Assembly (NCBI GenBank): GCA_965637545.1
Contig: OZ281494.1
Location: 9,238,001-9,302,000, forward strand
DNA: 64,000 nt
Source: Phallusia mammillata
Taxonomy: Eukaryota
Direction: 5' to 3'
Every line of letters begins with the position of its first letter. The first letter of the stretch is position 1. The translations under genes were made by a program, and so were the position numbers. The notes under the pieces are model-generated. The model saw only the letters and a list, made by a program, of their open reading frames with translations, was not told the DNA's origin and searched no databases. Below, piece after piece: positions 45,697 to 61,400 of this stretch.

Positions 45697-48600
45697 TTAC
45701 GAACATTCTTTCACTCTAAGGGGTAAATCTTCTTGCTCGGCGACTTGCTTGGATTCGTCTTTAAAATTTTGAGGCTGAAATAGCTGTAAGAAAATTTGGT
45801 ACAAATGTTGAAAAACAAGCTTTTAGATTTACATGTAATTCACTCAATAAACAATATACGTGTGCATGCATAAGAAAAAATTGGGATGGGATGACAAATA
45901 CGTTCTGCATTGTTTTTTTTACAACTTATGTCAACCTTAAATATATTTTGTCGCAAAAAATATTTATCCAGATATATGGGCTATATATATATATTGAATA
46001 ATTTTTATGTGCAGAACTCCTGTTTTTCATGCAATGTAAAACCACCTTGTAATAAGAAGTAAGTTCATGGGCTCCTGGTATTAACCACCAGTTTGACTCG
46101 ACTTTATAATGCAGTTGATACAGTTGATACTTAAATATACACGACGATTAATATGATGCCTAACGCCTATCCGGTTTTAGAGATTTTATTTAGTAAGAGG
46201 GCCAATTTGTTTTCATTGCGATTTTTGTAATGTTATCAAATATGGATTTCAAACGTAACTCTGCAATTCATAGCACCGACTGAAGAAGTCTACATTGCGA
46301 AGCATAGTCTTTTACCTGATAGATGTCATCTCCACTTCTGATCGTCCGTACAATTTTGTAAATCGCATATCCAGGAATAAATACGAAACACATGACACTG
46401 ATCAGGTGACCCACAACTTCTGTCCACGGGGGAAACACGTATTCGTTGTATTTCAGAGGTTCAATCGTGGAAATGTAGTAGATTGATAACAGCTGTGACA
46501 TTTTAATATTGAGATAATTTGACCCCATTGTGAAGTAGCGTATTTAATGCCAGTAAAGTTTTCTTTTTTTGCAACAAAAGATACCACTTAGAACTAAAGT
46601 CGAATTTTTTTACCGCAGTTATTGCAGGGCTGACAAACTTCCACGATATCTTAAGCCATAGTCTTCTTCCCCGATGATCTCCGGTCATTTTGACGATATC
46701 TTTCCAATATCGTTCGAACCCGTAGAACCACGCCACCGCCACACACTCGCAAGTTGTGATCAAGAACCAACACCAGCCAGAGTTCGCGTAGCGATTGAGA
46801 AGCTCAAATACGTAGACTCCTCCCTGCCACAGTTAGAAGAAAATATATTTAACTGCGGATTTGCATTTAAATGTTTTGCGAGTAAAAACGCTATATTTTG
46901 ATGAATATGTATTGAATGATTTAATGTTTTGAATGAACGATCCATTATAATGGCGTACGGTAGGCTATTTGTAGTGTGAAAAAATCGTATCCATATTTTA
47001 TTGTAAAGAATCTTTGATTTAAATTCAAATTAAACTTTAAAACATCGGGGATGTTTTCTAAGAAATTTAGGACTTCCAAGTTGGTTTATCTGCAGAAATA
47101 TGTTGTCATCTCATTAAACAGTTTAGAAGTAACAAAAATACTTTCTTTCTTCTACCTGTGTAAGCATTGGTAAGCCAAGAAGCATGAGAAATGTGCAAAG
47201 TAAGGCTTGTGAAATTTCTCTTCCGTATCGATGTTGGCGTACCGTTCTAACGTTATCCATCAGTACTGCAATAATCGCCTCAAGCACGACAAACTATAAA
47301 ACAGCTGAAAAGTTTCAGTGAAACTTTTTAAGTTTTCTTTGCTTTGCTTCCAGCCTATTGGTTTTTAAAAGAACCGATTTAAGCAACCTACTAGTTTATA
47401 GTTTATCGCTTGAACTCGACCAAGCCGTCAGTCCTTCCACTCTCGATTAAGCGTTTGATGTAGACCAGGCTTAAGTTGGAGACTTTCCACAAAAATCAAA
47501 TACGAAATACCTGTGAATCAAATCCGAGCAATAATATTGTCACGAAGAAAAGTGCGCTCCACAACTGCGGAAACGGAAGAAGTGACAATGCTTCAGGATA
47601 AGTAACAAACACAAGACCGGGTCCAGATGTTGCCACATCATGAATAGTTGTGTTCTACAAACATATGTGCGGTTTGATCAGCAGAAAACTTTTATTGAAC
47701 GAATGAATGGACATTTACTTGGTATGTTGCCATATAACCAAGGGTTGAGAACACTGCGAATCCGGCTATAAAACTTGTTAGAAAGTTTCCAACGGCTATT
47801 GCAACAGCATCTCTGACGAAAATTTGAAACAAACTATTGTGTTGGAAAGTTAAGTTCCAAGTTATTTTAGGTTCGCTGTTTTCTAAAATTGTATTGTTGC
47901 ATGCCGGTATGTAAGTTAAATCATCAGAACAACGACCTTTAAGTGGATCCCAAGTGTAGGTTACTTTTGGATTCGAATTCTTGAATACAACGACCACATA
48001 AGGAACACCCATACGCCCAAACAATTTTTTGTGATGTATTTATCACCGTGTTGGTTGGTGGATAAGGTGCTATTGAAAAAGTGGTTTGACTGGACGTTAA
48101 TTAAGTAAAAATACCTGTGACGCGTTTTCAGAATTTCTGAATCGATTTTGGCAAAGTCAATTTTGAACAAGTGAACTAGAACATACCGACTATAGTTGTA
48201 ACTCTAAGTACCCGCGAATTTAAAACCTAAATTACTTATCATGATATATCACCTCCAAAAGTTGTGATGGTAATTGTTGTAACTTCCGAGAATAATTAAT
48301 GTGCCCAATCCAGGACCATTCGTGTAGATAACTTGAGAGCAAGCTCCTACCCAAGTCTGCAGGGAAAAATGATAGTTTACACATGACAGGCGAATGCTTC
48401 AATATTGGTTACCGAAATTTCCATTAGCTTTTCGACTTGCGGTGTCAGGTAGAAATATATTCCACTCCATGCGCCCTCAAGTGTCGCACTTCGTATTGTT
48501 ATAACCACGATAAGGAAAACTGGAAGTGTAGCAGTCACATAAACAATCTGTAAAACAGATGGAAAACTTATGAGCCAAATTCTATTTTCAACAACCCCAA

Positions 48601-50829
48601 AAAGTAAAGCTTGCGTAACCGATCGTATCTTTACAATTTTCGTTACCTTGGAGGTCCATTTGATGCCTTTAAAGGTGCACAAATAGAAGAGGACCCACAT
48701 TATCACATTGTAGAGTACCAGATCCGATCTAATGCTTCCTACTTCATTGATGCTTGTGGTAAGGTTTAACACTTCACTCCTGTATAATGCAATCGGAATA
48801 AGTTGTTACAAATTACGTACTTGCCTGTTTGACATGCAAAAATAGTCAAAACCCATCCGGATAAGTCAAGATATGTTTGAGACCAATTTAACTTTGCGCA
48901 CCGTTATACATTATTATCGACCTTACAGAGAGACATGTCAAATCAATTGTTTTTACTGTCGTAGGTGTGTTTTATTTTCTACATCAACTCTAATCGGTCT
49001 ACTCTAAATAACAACATTAAATCATTTCGTTTGTTTTTAAATGTAATCGGGCGTTTGCTATTTATAGTCTTTTTATTCTTACTTCCAATATTCAGTGGCT
49101 GCAGATATAGTTTTATTTTTCTGCCCATGAGTGTGATTTAAACTTGAGTTTAGTTGCATTTCACCAATCGTTGTGCACGCAGCTGTGTTCCAGGGATTGT
49201 CGCATGAAGCCCAGGGGAGCTTTGCAGAAAAACTTTTGACGAAAAATTTGGTTGACCACACCAAGACGATAGGATAAATGAGCTTCATCAACAACTGAAT
49301 CACCAATTGAGCGAAGGCAACACCTGCAATGCACACACATTCTAAAAATGAAGCTAAAGCTATTCTTGGAGCGAGCGACACTTTTTCAAGTATGTTACCA
49401 GTGGTGGGATTCAAATTTTTTGTCGGGTTCTATCACAAAAGTCATATTTTTCAGCCGGTTCTGTTTACAAAAAGTCCATTGACAGTAACCAGTAATGCTA
49501 ACCGGTTCGCTGATAGAACCAGTGCGAGCCAGCTGAATCCCACCACCGTATGTTACTGTATAGGGTAACCACCAAAGCAGTTCGTAATATCCATAGCGTA
49601 CCATGTCGCCTAAAGCGCCGAATCCATAACATGGAATATAATACAACAGCATAAAGCCCCGGGATTACCCAGAATTCGACAGTTTCAAGCGCCTAAAAGT
49701 AGACGGATCGGGTGGTATAAAACAAACCAAAAGCACACAAATCAGTATAGCGGTCTCGTCATCACAAAAATAATGGATCCTATAGTACTTTAAGAGAAAA
49801 TATTATCTATTATTTTGGAATTGGTAATAGCGACTTTTTTCCGACACAAGTGATACTACTTCAATAAAGGAAGCATAACTTATTACCGGCTTCCCTTTCT
49901 TTGAGTGGATCACACTTTGATGAAACGCGGTAATTGACACTCATTAAACAATATGGACAACAACACCCTTTGGAATTTTAGAAAACCCAAAATATTTTTA
50001 CTAGAGCGTTTGTACAGTAAAGTTCGCTTAAACCAAGCTGCAACTACAATGCTCAATGTCAGCGAAAAAAGTTTTTGCATGTAGTAGCAACTTCGTTACG
50101 TGAAAATTAAGCAAAAATTACTAAATTACAAGTCGCACAGTAAACTGCTTCTGTTGTTTGGTTGAAGCTCAACGGGTCATCTGTTAAGAATTTTATATTT
50201 GATAGTGGCATCCCGAGTCCGAATCAATTTTTGTCTCATGGCTTGACGAGTCAAGTCAAGTCTTTTCATTGCTGAGACTCAAGTCAAGTCAAGTCAAGTA
50301 TTTAAAAAAGGTGACTTTAGTCGGACACGAGTCGAGTTACTAAATCAAATCTCCCAATCACTGCATACACGTAACAATTAATGCCATGGATTCCTCTTAC
50401 TTACGTCGTGTTTTGCACCGTATTCGCTTGAGCATCAATCTCGGATATAGCTACAAGTTTTTGTCATAATTACCTTTGAAAATAGGGACTTCTGACCAGC
50501 TTTTAACCAGTCCCCTCCGCAACTTCTGGCCCAGAGAAATTTCGAGGACGATTAGAGGAACAGCAATCACTGCACCGAATACCAGGTATGCGACAAGAAA
50601 TGCACCTATGAAAGCATTTCAATGCTAGTACAAGCTCTCTGCATGATAACTGTTATTTTGTCTTACCTCCTCCATATTTGAAACACATGTACGGAAATCT
50701 CCAAACGTTTCCTAACCCAATAGCGTATCCCAACGCAGCAAATATAAAGTCCCACGATTTCTTCCATTCTGGTCGCGGCTTCTTTTGGTCAATAGATCGT
50801 TGTTTATTACATTTATCCGATGAATACAT
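45697..50829 (-). CDS. SLC6 transporter copy 2 (intact), 585 aa
   Basis: Same 12-exon structure as copy 1; ATG at 50829; last exon 45783-45697 [28 protein letters not shown]. Confidence 0.9.
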
Positions 50830-52059
50830 GATAAAATTTATACGCCTCTCACGCGTAAAGTCTAAAACCAATTGACTGATCCGCCTATAGTACAATTCAT
50901 TTTAACTTTGCTTGAGCTTGACAGTTCCTTCTTGTCCAAACTCGTAACGTTAGTCTTTAAGCTTTTATTCACTGCTATCAATTACATTATTGTTTTTTGC
51001 GGTTTCAAGGTATTGGCATCGAACCTCCGGTAACTTTTTGCATATACCTGAGCCTGTATTAAACCCAAGTTAAAAAGCAGGTCTTCAGAAGCAACAAGGT
51101 TATACAACTGCTTATGAGATGTTTTGAACACTGTTGAGTATCTACCACAGCCCTCTCAAATTATTCAAGTGATCAAGACATTTTTGTAATACCCATTTTT
51201 TTATACGCCAGTGGTTCTCAAACTTTTTCTGTTGCGACGCCTCTGGAAAAGTTTTCTGGTCTTGCGACGCACCAGCAAATAAAAGTTAGTGAGAAAACTT
51301 ATTATTAAAGTTGTGTTTATTGATACAACCACAAAAAGCCACGAAACGCAACTATTCTGCGACGCCCTTGGAAAATTGAAACGACGCACCAGAGCGTCGC
51401 GACGCACAGTTTGAGAACTACTGTCATAGGCTATAGCGCATATAGACTATAAATGAAAAAAACTGGCGTATATTTATTTTAAGTACGACAAACCGTATCC
51501 TTCCTGACCGATCTAATTAAATATCTATTTCTTGCGAACATTATTCTGGAGGTCTCTCTACAAACCGTCGTCATCACATTACATTGAAATAGCAATTTTT
51601 CCTATTACTGGTCGACATTCTAAGAAATCTTACGCAGGAGGTCGAATGCTACAAAAATGCTGGAATGTGCGTGCAAAACAACGCCAGCCTGGTTTGCTAT
51701 CTTATTTATGTAATTGGATAATCAAAACATCAGGCAGTTTTATGTTTCACCTGATGACCAGATCCATGCCTTTTAACGCAATAATTCAAAGCAAGTTAAA
51801 TGTCTTTGAACTATGACTCAGTTGCCGCAATACAATTTTAAACAGTATTAAAATTTAAGATTCCAACCACTTAGACGTTTTGAACACTGCTGGGTATGTA
51901 ACAATCCTAAACATATTGAAATCTTTGCAAGAACAGAAATGAAGCGACCAAATGCTTGACTTTTTGACGTCAAATCAAACCATCATCCCAATAAAAGAAA
52001 ATCAAATAGCAAGTGAACATGTGGGATTTGTTTAGTCTATATCATCATCGTGCAATGTT

Positions 52060-55000
52060 TTACGAACATTCTTTCACTCTAAGGGGTAAATCTTCTTGCT
52101 CGGCGACTTGCTTGGATTCGTCTTTAAAATTTTGAGGCTGAAATAGCTGTAAGAAAATTTGGTACAAATGTTGAAAAACAAGCTTTTAGATTTACATGTA
52201 ATTCACTCAATAAACAATATACGTGTGCATGCATAAGAAAAAATTGGGATGGGATGACAAATACGTTCTGCATTGTTTTTTTTACAACTTATGTCAACCT
52301 TAAATATATTTTGTCGCAAAAAATATTTATCCAGATATATGGGCTATATATATATATTGAATAATTTTTATGTGCAGAACTCCTGTTTTTCATGCAATGT
52401 AAAACCACCTTGTAATAAGAAGTAAGTTCATGGGCTCCTGGTATTAACCACCAGTTTGACTCGACTTTATAATGCAGTTGATACAGTTGATACTTAAATA
52501 TACACGACGATTAATATGATGCCTAACGCCTATCCGGTTTTAGAGATTTTATTTAGTAAGAGGGCCAATTTGTTTTCATTGCGATTTTTGTAATGTTATC
52601 AAATATGGATTTCAAACGTAACTCTGCAATTCATAGCACCGACTGAAGAAGTCTACATTGCGAAGCATAGTCTTTTACCTGATAGATGTCATCTCCACTT
52701 CTGATCGTCCGTACAATTTTGTAAATCGCATATCCAGGAATAAATACGAAACACATGACACTGATCAGGTGACCCACAACTTCTGTCCACGGGGGAAACA
52801 CGTATTCGTTGTATTTCAGAGGTTCAATCGTGGAAATGTAGTAGATTGATAACAGCTGTGACATTTTAATATTGAGATAATTTGACCCCATTGTGAAGTA
52901 GCGTATTTAATGCCAGTAAAGTTTTCTTTTTTTGCAACAAAAGATACCACTTAGAACTAAAGTCGAATTTTTTTACCGCAGTTATTGCAGGGCTGACAAA
53001 CTTCCACGATATCTTAAGCCATAGTCTTCTTCCCCGATGATCTCCGGTCATTTTGACGATATCTTTCCAATATCGTTCGAACCCGTAGAACCACGCCACC
53101 GCCACACACTCGCAAGTTGTGATCAAGAACCAACACCAGCCAGAGTTCGCGTAGCGATTGAGAAGCTCAAATACGTAGACTCCTCCCTGCCACAGTTAGA
53201 AGAAAATATATTTAACTGCGGATTTGCATTTAAATGTTTTGCGAGTAAAAACGCTATATTTTGATGAATATGTATTGAATGATTTAATGTTTTGAATGAA
53301 CGATCCATTATAATGGCGTACGGTAGGCTATTTGTAGTGTGAAAAAATCGTATCCATATTTTATTGTAAAGAATCTTTGATTTAAATTCAAATTAAACTT
53401 TAAAACATCGGGGATGTTTTCTAAGAAATTTAGGACTTCCAAGTTGGTTTATCTGCAGAAATATGTTGTCATCTCATTAAACAGTTTAGAAGTAACAAAA
53501 ATACTTTCTTTCTTCTACCTGTGTAAGCATTGGTAAGCCAAGAAGCATGAGAAATGTGCAAAGTAAGGCTTGTGAAATTTCTCTTCCGTATCGATGTTGG
53601 CGTACCGTTCTAACGTTATCCATCAGTACTGCAATAATCGCCTCAAGCACGACAAACTATAAAACAGCTGAAAAGTTTCAGTGAAACTTTTTAAGTTTTC
53701 TTTGTTTTGCTTCCAGCCTATTGGTTTTTAAAAGAACCGATTTAAGCAACCTACTAGTTTATAGTTTATCGCTTGAACTCGACCAAGCCGTCAGTCCTTC
53801 CACTCTCGATTAAGCGTCTGATGTAGACCAGGCTTAAGTTGGAGACTTTCCACAAAAATCAAATACGAAATACCTGTGAATCAAATCCGAGCAATAATAT
53901 TGTCACGAAGAAAAGTGCGCTCCACAACTGCGGAAACGGAAGAAGTGACAATGCTTCAGGATAAGTAACAAACACAAGACCGGGTCCAGATGTTGCCACA
54001 TCATGAATAGTTGTGTTCTACAAACATATGTGCGGTTTGATCAGCAGAAAACTTTTATTGAACGAATGAATGGACATTTACTTGGTATGTTGCCATATAA
54101 CCAAGGGTTGAGAACACTGCGAATCCGGCTATAAAACTTGTTAGAAAGTTTCCAACGGCTATTGCAACAGCATCTCTGACGAAAATTTGAAACAAACTAT
54201 TGTGTTGGAAAGTTAAGTTCCAAGTTATTTTAGGTTCGCTGTTTTCTAAAATTGTATTGTTGCATGCCGGTATGTAAGTTAAATCATCAGAACAACGACC
54301 TTTAAGTGGATCCCAAGTGTAGGTTACTTTTGGATTCGAATTCTTGAATACAACGACCACATAAGGAACACCCATACGCCCAAACAATTTTTTGTGATGT
54401 ATTTATCACCGTGTTGGTTGGTGGATAAGGTGCTATTGAAAAAGTGGTTTGACTGGACGTTAATTAAGTAAAAATACCTGTGACGCGTTTTCAGAATTTC
54501 TGAATCGATTTTGGCAAAGTCAATTTTGAACAAGTGAACTAGAACATACCGACTATAGTTGTAACTCTAAGTACCCGCGAATTTAAAACCTAAATTACTT
54601 ATCATGATATATCACCTCCAAAAGTTGTGATGGTAATTGTTGTAACTTCCGAGAATAATTAATGTGCCCAATCCAGGACCATTCGTGTAGATAACTTGAG
54701 AGCAAGCTCCTACCCAAGTCTGCAGGGAAAAATGATAGTTTACACATGACAGGCGAATGCTTCAATATTGGTTACCGAAATTTCCATTAGCTTTTCGACT
54801 TGCGGTGTCAGGTAGAAATATATTCCACTCCATGCGCCCTCAAGTGTCGCACTTCGTATTGTTATAACCACGATAAGGAAAACTGGAAGTGTAGCAGTCA
54901 CATAAACAATCTGTAAAACAGATGGAAAACTTATGAGCCAAATTCTATTTTCAACAACCCCAAAAAGTAAAGCTTGCGTAACCGATCGTATCTTTACAAT

Positions 55001-57192
55001 TTTCGTTACCTTGGAGGTCCATTTGATGCCTTTAAAGGTGCACAAATAGAAGAGGACCCACATTATCACATTGTAGAGTACCAGATCCGATCTAATGCTT
55101 CCTACTTCATTGATGCTTGTGGTAAGGTTTAACACTTCACTCCTGTATAATGCAATCGGAATAAGTTGTTACAAATTACGTACTTGCCTGTTTGACATGC
55201 AAAAATAGTCAAAACCCATCCGGATAAGTCAAGATATGTTTGAGACCAATTTAACTTTGCGCACCGTTATACATTATTATCGACCTTACAGAGAGACATG
55301 TCAAATCAATTGTTTTTACTGTCGTAGGTGTGTTTTATTTTCTACATCAACTCTAATCGGTCTACTCTAAATAACAACATTAAATCATTTCGTTTGTTTT
55401 TAAATGTAATCGGGCGTTTGCTATTTATAGTCTTTTTATTCTTACTTCCAATATTCAGTGGCTGCAGATATAGTTTTATTTTTCTGCCCATGAGTGTGAT
55501 TTAAACTTGAGTTTAGTTGCATTTCACCAATCGTTGTGCACGCAGCTGTGTTCCAGGGATTGTCGCATGAAGCCCAGGGGAGCTTTGCAGAAAAACTTTT
55601 GACGAAAAATTTGGTTGACCACACCAAGACGATAGGATAAATGAGCTTCATCAACAACTGAATCACCAATTGAGCGAAGGCAACACCTGCAATGCACACA
55701 CATTCTAAAAATGAAGCTAAAGCTATTCTTGGAGCGAGCGACACTTTTTCAAGTATGTTACCAGTGGTGGGATTCAAATTTTTTGTCGGGTTCTATCACA
55801 AAAGTCATATTTTTCAGCCGGTTCTGTTTACAAAAAGTCCATTGACAGTAACCAGTAATGCTAACCGGTTCGCTGATAGAACCAGTGCGAGCCAGCTGAA
55901 TCCCACCACCGTATGTTACTGTATAGGGTAACCACCAAAGCAGTTCGTAATATCCATAGCGTACCATGTCGCCTAAAGCGCCGAATCCATAACATGGAAT
56001 ATAATACAACAGCATAAAGCCCCGGGATTACCCAGAATTCGACAGTTTCAAGCGCCTAAAAGTAGACGGATCGGGTGGTATAAAACAAACCAAAAGCACA
56101 CAAATCAGTATAGCGGTCTCGTCATCACAAAAATAATGGATCCTATAGTACTTTAAGAGAAAATATTATCTATTATTTTGGAATTGGTAATAGCGACTTT
56201 TTTCCGACACAAGTGATACTACTTCAATAAAGGAAGCATAACTTATTACCGGCTTCCCTTTCTTTGAGTGGATCACACTTTGATGAAACGCGGTAATTGA
56301 CACTCATTAAACAATATGGACAACAACACCCTTTGGAATTTTAGAAAACCCAAAATATTTTTACTAGAGCGTTTGTACAGTAAAGTTCGCTTAAACCAAG
56401 CTGCAACTACAATGCTCAATGTCAGCGAAAAAAGTTTTTGCATGTAGTAGCAACTTCGTTACGTGAAAATTAAGCAAAAATTACTAAATTACAAGTCGCA
56501 CAGTAAACTGCTTCTGTTGTTTGGTTGAAGCTCAACGGGTCATCTGTTAAGAATTTTATATTTGATAGTGGCATCCCGAGTCCGAATCAATTTTTGTCTC
56601 ATGGCTTGACGAGTCAAGTCAAGTCTTTTCATTGCTGAGACTCAAGTCAAGTCAAGTCAAGTATTTAAAAAAGGTGACTTTAGTCGGACACGAGTCGAGT
56701 TACTAAATCAAATCTCCCAATCACTGCATACACGTAACAATTAATGCCATGGATTCCTCTTACTTACGTCGTGTTTTGCACCGTATTCGCTTGAGCATCA
56801 ATCTCGGATATAGCTACAAGTTTTTGTCATAATTACCTTTGAAAATAGGGACTTCTGACCAGCTTTTAACCAGTCCCCTCCGCAACTTCTGGCCCAGAGA
56901 AATTTCGAGGACGATTAGAGGAACAGCAATCACTGCACCGAATACCAGGTATGCGACAAGAAATGCACCTATGAAAGCATTTCAATGCTAGTACAAGCTC
57001 TCTGCATGATAACTGTTATTTTGTCTTACCTCCTCCATATTTGAAACACATGTACGGAAATCTCCAAACGTTTCCTAACCCAATAGCGTATCCCAACGCA
57101 GCAAATATAAAGTCCCACGATTTCTTCCATTCTGGTCGCGGCTTCTTTTGGTCAATAGATCGTTGTTTATTACATTTATCCGATGAATACAT
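52060..57192 (-). CDS. SLC6 transporter copy 3 (intact; no coding difference from copy 2 seen)
   Basis: Copy 2 shifted by +6363; ATG and stop checked at these coordinates. Confidence 0.9.
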
Positions 57193-58422
57193 GATAAAAT
57201 TTATACGCCTCTCACGCGTAAAGTCTAAAACCAATTGACTGATCCGCCTATAGTACAATTCATTTTAACTTTGCTTGAGCTTGACAGTTCCTTCTTGTCC
57301 AAACTCGTAACGTTAGTCTTTAAGCTTTTATTCACTGCTATCAATTACATTATTGTTTTTTGCGGTTTCAAGGTATTGGCATCGAACCTCCGGTAACTTT
57401 TTGCATATACCTGAGCCTGTATTAAACCCAAGTTAAAAAGCAGGTCTTCAGAAGCAACAAGGTTATACAACTGCTTATGAGATGTTTTGAACACTGTTGA
57501 GTATCTACCACAGCCCTCTCAAATTATTCAAGTGATCAAGACATTTTTGTAATACCCATTTTTTTATACGCCAGTGGTTCTCAAACTTTTTCTGTTGCGA
57601 CGCCTCTGGAAAAGTTTTCTGGTCTTGCGACGCACCAGCAAATAAAAGTTAGTGAGAAAACTTATTATTAAAGTTGTGTTTATTGATACAACCACAAAAA
57701 GCCACGAAACGCAACTATTCTGCGACGCCCTTGGAAAATTGAAACGACGCACCAGAGCGTCGCGACGCACAGTTTGAGAACTACTGTCATAGGCTATAGC
57801 GCATATAGACTATAAATGAAAAAAACTGGCGTATATTTATTTTAAGTACGACAAACCGTATCCTTCCTGACCGATCTAATTAAATATCTATTTCTTGCGA
57901 ACATTATTCTGGAGGTCTCTCTACAAACCGTCGTCATCACATTACATTGAAATAGCAATTTTTCCTATTACTGGTCGACATTCTAAGAAATCTTACGCAG
58001 GAGGTCGAATGCTACAAAAATGCTGGAATGTGCGTGCAAAACAACGCCAGCCTGGTTTGCTATCTTATTTATGTAATTGGATAATCAAAACATCAGGCAG
58101 TTTTATGTTTCACCTGATGACCAGATCCATGCCTTTTAACGCAATAATTCAAAGCAAGTTAAATGTCTTTGAACTATGACTCAGTTGCCGCAATACAATT
58201 TTAAACAGTATTAAAATTTAAGATTCCAACCACTTAGACGTTTTGAACACTGCTGGGTATGTAACAATCCTAAACATATTGAAATCTTTGCAAGAACAGA
58301 AATGAAGCGACCAAATGCTTGACTTTTTGACGTCAAATCAAACCATCATCCCAATAAAAGAAAATCAAATAGCAAGTGAACATGTGGGATTTGTTTAGTC
58401 TATATCATCATCGTGCAATGTT

Positions 58423-61400
58423 TTACGAACATTCTTTCACTCTAAGGGGTAAATCTTCTTGCTCGGCGACTTGCTTGGATTCGTCTTTAAAATTTTGAGG
58501 CTGAAATAGCTGTAAGAAAATTTGGTACAAATGTTGAAAAACAAGCTTTTAGATTTACATGTAATTCACTCAATAAACAATATACGTGTGCATGCATAAG
58601 AAAAAATTGGGATGGGATGACAAATACGTTCTGCATTGTTTTTTTTACAACTTATGTCAACCTTAAATATATTTTGTCGCAAAAAATATTTATCCAGATA
58701 TATGGGCTATATATATATATTGAATAATTTTTATGTGCAGAACTCCTGTTTTTCATGCAATGTAAAACCACCTTGTAATAAGAAGTAAGTTCATGGGCTC
58801 CTGGTATTAACCACCAGTTTGACTCGACTTTATAATGCAGTTGATACAGTTGATACTTAAATATACACGACGATTAATATGATGCCTAACGCCTATCCGG
58901 TTTTAGAGATTTTATTTAGTAAGAGGGCCAATTTGTTTTCATTGCGATTTTTGTAATGTTATCAAATATGGATTTCAAACGTAACTCTGCAATTCATAGC
59001 ACCGACTGAAGAAGTCTACATTGCGAAGCATAGTCTTTTACCTGATAGATGTCATCTCCACTTCTGATCGTCCGTACAATTTTGTAAATCGCATATCCAG
59101 GAATAAATACGAAACACATGACACTGATCAGGTGACCCACAACTTCTGTCCACGGGGGAAACACGTATTCGTTGTATTTCAGAGGTTCAATCGTGGAAAT
59201 GTAGTAGATTGATAACAGCTGTGACATTTTAATATTGAGATAATTTGACCCCATTGTGAAGTAGCGTATTTAATGCCAGTAAAGTTTTCTTTTTTTGCAA
59301 CAAAAGATACCACTTAGAACTAAAGTCGAATTTTTTTACCGCAGTTATTGCAGGGCTGACAAACTTCCACGATATCTTAAGCCATAGTCTTCTTCCCCGA
59401 TGATCTCCGGTCATTTTGACGATATCTTTCCAATATCGTTCGAACCCGTAGAACCACGCCACCGCCACACACTCGCAAGTTGTGATCAAGAACCAACACC
59501 AGCCAGAGTTCGCGTAGCGATTGAGAAGCTCAAATACGTAGACTCCTCCCTGCCACAGTTAGAAGAAAATATATTTAACTGCGGATTTGCATTTAAATGT
59601 TTTGCGAGTAAAAACGCTATATTTTGATGAATATGTATTGAATGATTTAATGTTTTGAATGAACGATCCATTATAATGGCGTACGGTAGGCTATTTGTAG
59701 TGTGAAAAAATCGTATCCATATTTTATTGTAAAGAATCTTTGATTTAAATTCAAATTAAACTTTAAAACATCGGGGATGTTTTCTAAGAAATTTAGGACT
59801 TCCAAGTTGGTTTATCTGCAGAAATATGTTGTCATCTCATTAAACAGTTTAGAAGTAACAAAAATACTTTCTTTCTTCTACCTGTGTAAGCATTGGTAAG
59901 CCAAGAAGCATGAGAAATGTGCAAAGTAAGGCTTGTGAAATTTCTCTTCCGTATCGATGTTGGCGTACCGTTCTAACGTTATCCATCAGTACTGCAATAA
60001 TCGCCTCAAGCACGACAAACTATAAAACAGCTGAAAAGTTTCAGTGAAACTTTTTAAGTTTTCTTTGCTTTGCTTCCAGCCTATTGGTTTTTAAAAGAAC
60101 CGATTTAAGCAACCTACTAGTTTATAGTTTATCGCTTGAACTCGACCAAGCCGTCAGTCCTTCCACTCTCGATTAAGCGTTTGATGTAGACCAGGCTTAA
60201 GTTGGAGACTTTCCACAAAAATCAAATACGAAATACCTGTGAATCAAATCCGAGCAATAATATTGTCACGAAGAAAAGTGCGCTCCACAACTGCGGAAAC
60301 GGAAGAAGTGACAATGCTTCAGGATAAGTAACAAACACAAGACCGGGTCCAGATGTTGCCACATCATGAATAGTTGTGTTCTACAAACATATGTGCGGTT
60401 TGATCAGCAGAAAACTTTTATTGAACGAATGAATGGACATTTACTTGGTATGTTGCCATATAACCAAGGGTTGAGAACACTGCGAATCCGGCTATAAAAC
60501 TTGTTAGAAAGTTTCCAACGGCTATTGCAACAGCATCTCTGACGAAAATTTGAAACAAACTATTGTGTTGGAAAGTTAAGTTCCAAGTTATTTTAGGTTC
60601 GCTGTTTTCTAAAATTGTATTGTTGCATGCCGGTATGTAAGTTAAATCATCAGAACAACGACCTTTAAGTGGATCCCAAGTGTAGGTTACTTTTGGATTC
60701 GAATTCTTGAATACAACGACCACATAAGGAACACCCATACGCCCAAACAATTTTTTGTGATGTATTTATCACCGTGTTGGTTGGTGGATAAGGTGCTATT
60801 GAAAAAGTGGTTTGACTGGACGTTAATTAAGTAAAAATACCTGTGACGCGTTTTCAGAATTTCTGAATCGATTTTGGCAAAGTCAATTTTGAACAAGTGA
60901 ACTAGAACATACCGACTATAGTTGTAACTCTAAGTACCCGCGAATTTAAAACCTAAATTACTTATCATGATATATCACCTCCAAAAGTTGTGATGGTAAT
61001 TGTTGTAACTTCCGAGAATAATTAATGTGCCCAATCCAGGACCATTCGTGTAGATAACTTGAGAGCAAGCTCCTACCCAAGTCTGCAGGGAAAAATGATA
61101 GTTTACACATGACAGGCGAATGCTTCAATATTGGTTACCGAAATTTCCATTAGCTTTTCGACTTGCGGTGTCAGGTAGAAATATATTCCACTCCATGCGC
61201 CCTCAAGTGTCGCACTTCGTATTGTTATAACCACGATAAGGAAAACTGGAAGTGTAGCAGTCACATAAACAATCTGTAAAACAGATGGAAAACTTATGAG
61301 CCAAATTCTATTTTCAACAACCCCAAAAAGTAAAGCTTGCGTAACCGATCGTATCTTTACAATTTTCGTTACCTTGGAGGTCCATTTGATGCCTTTAAAG

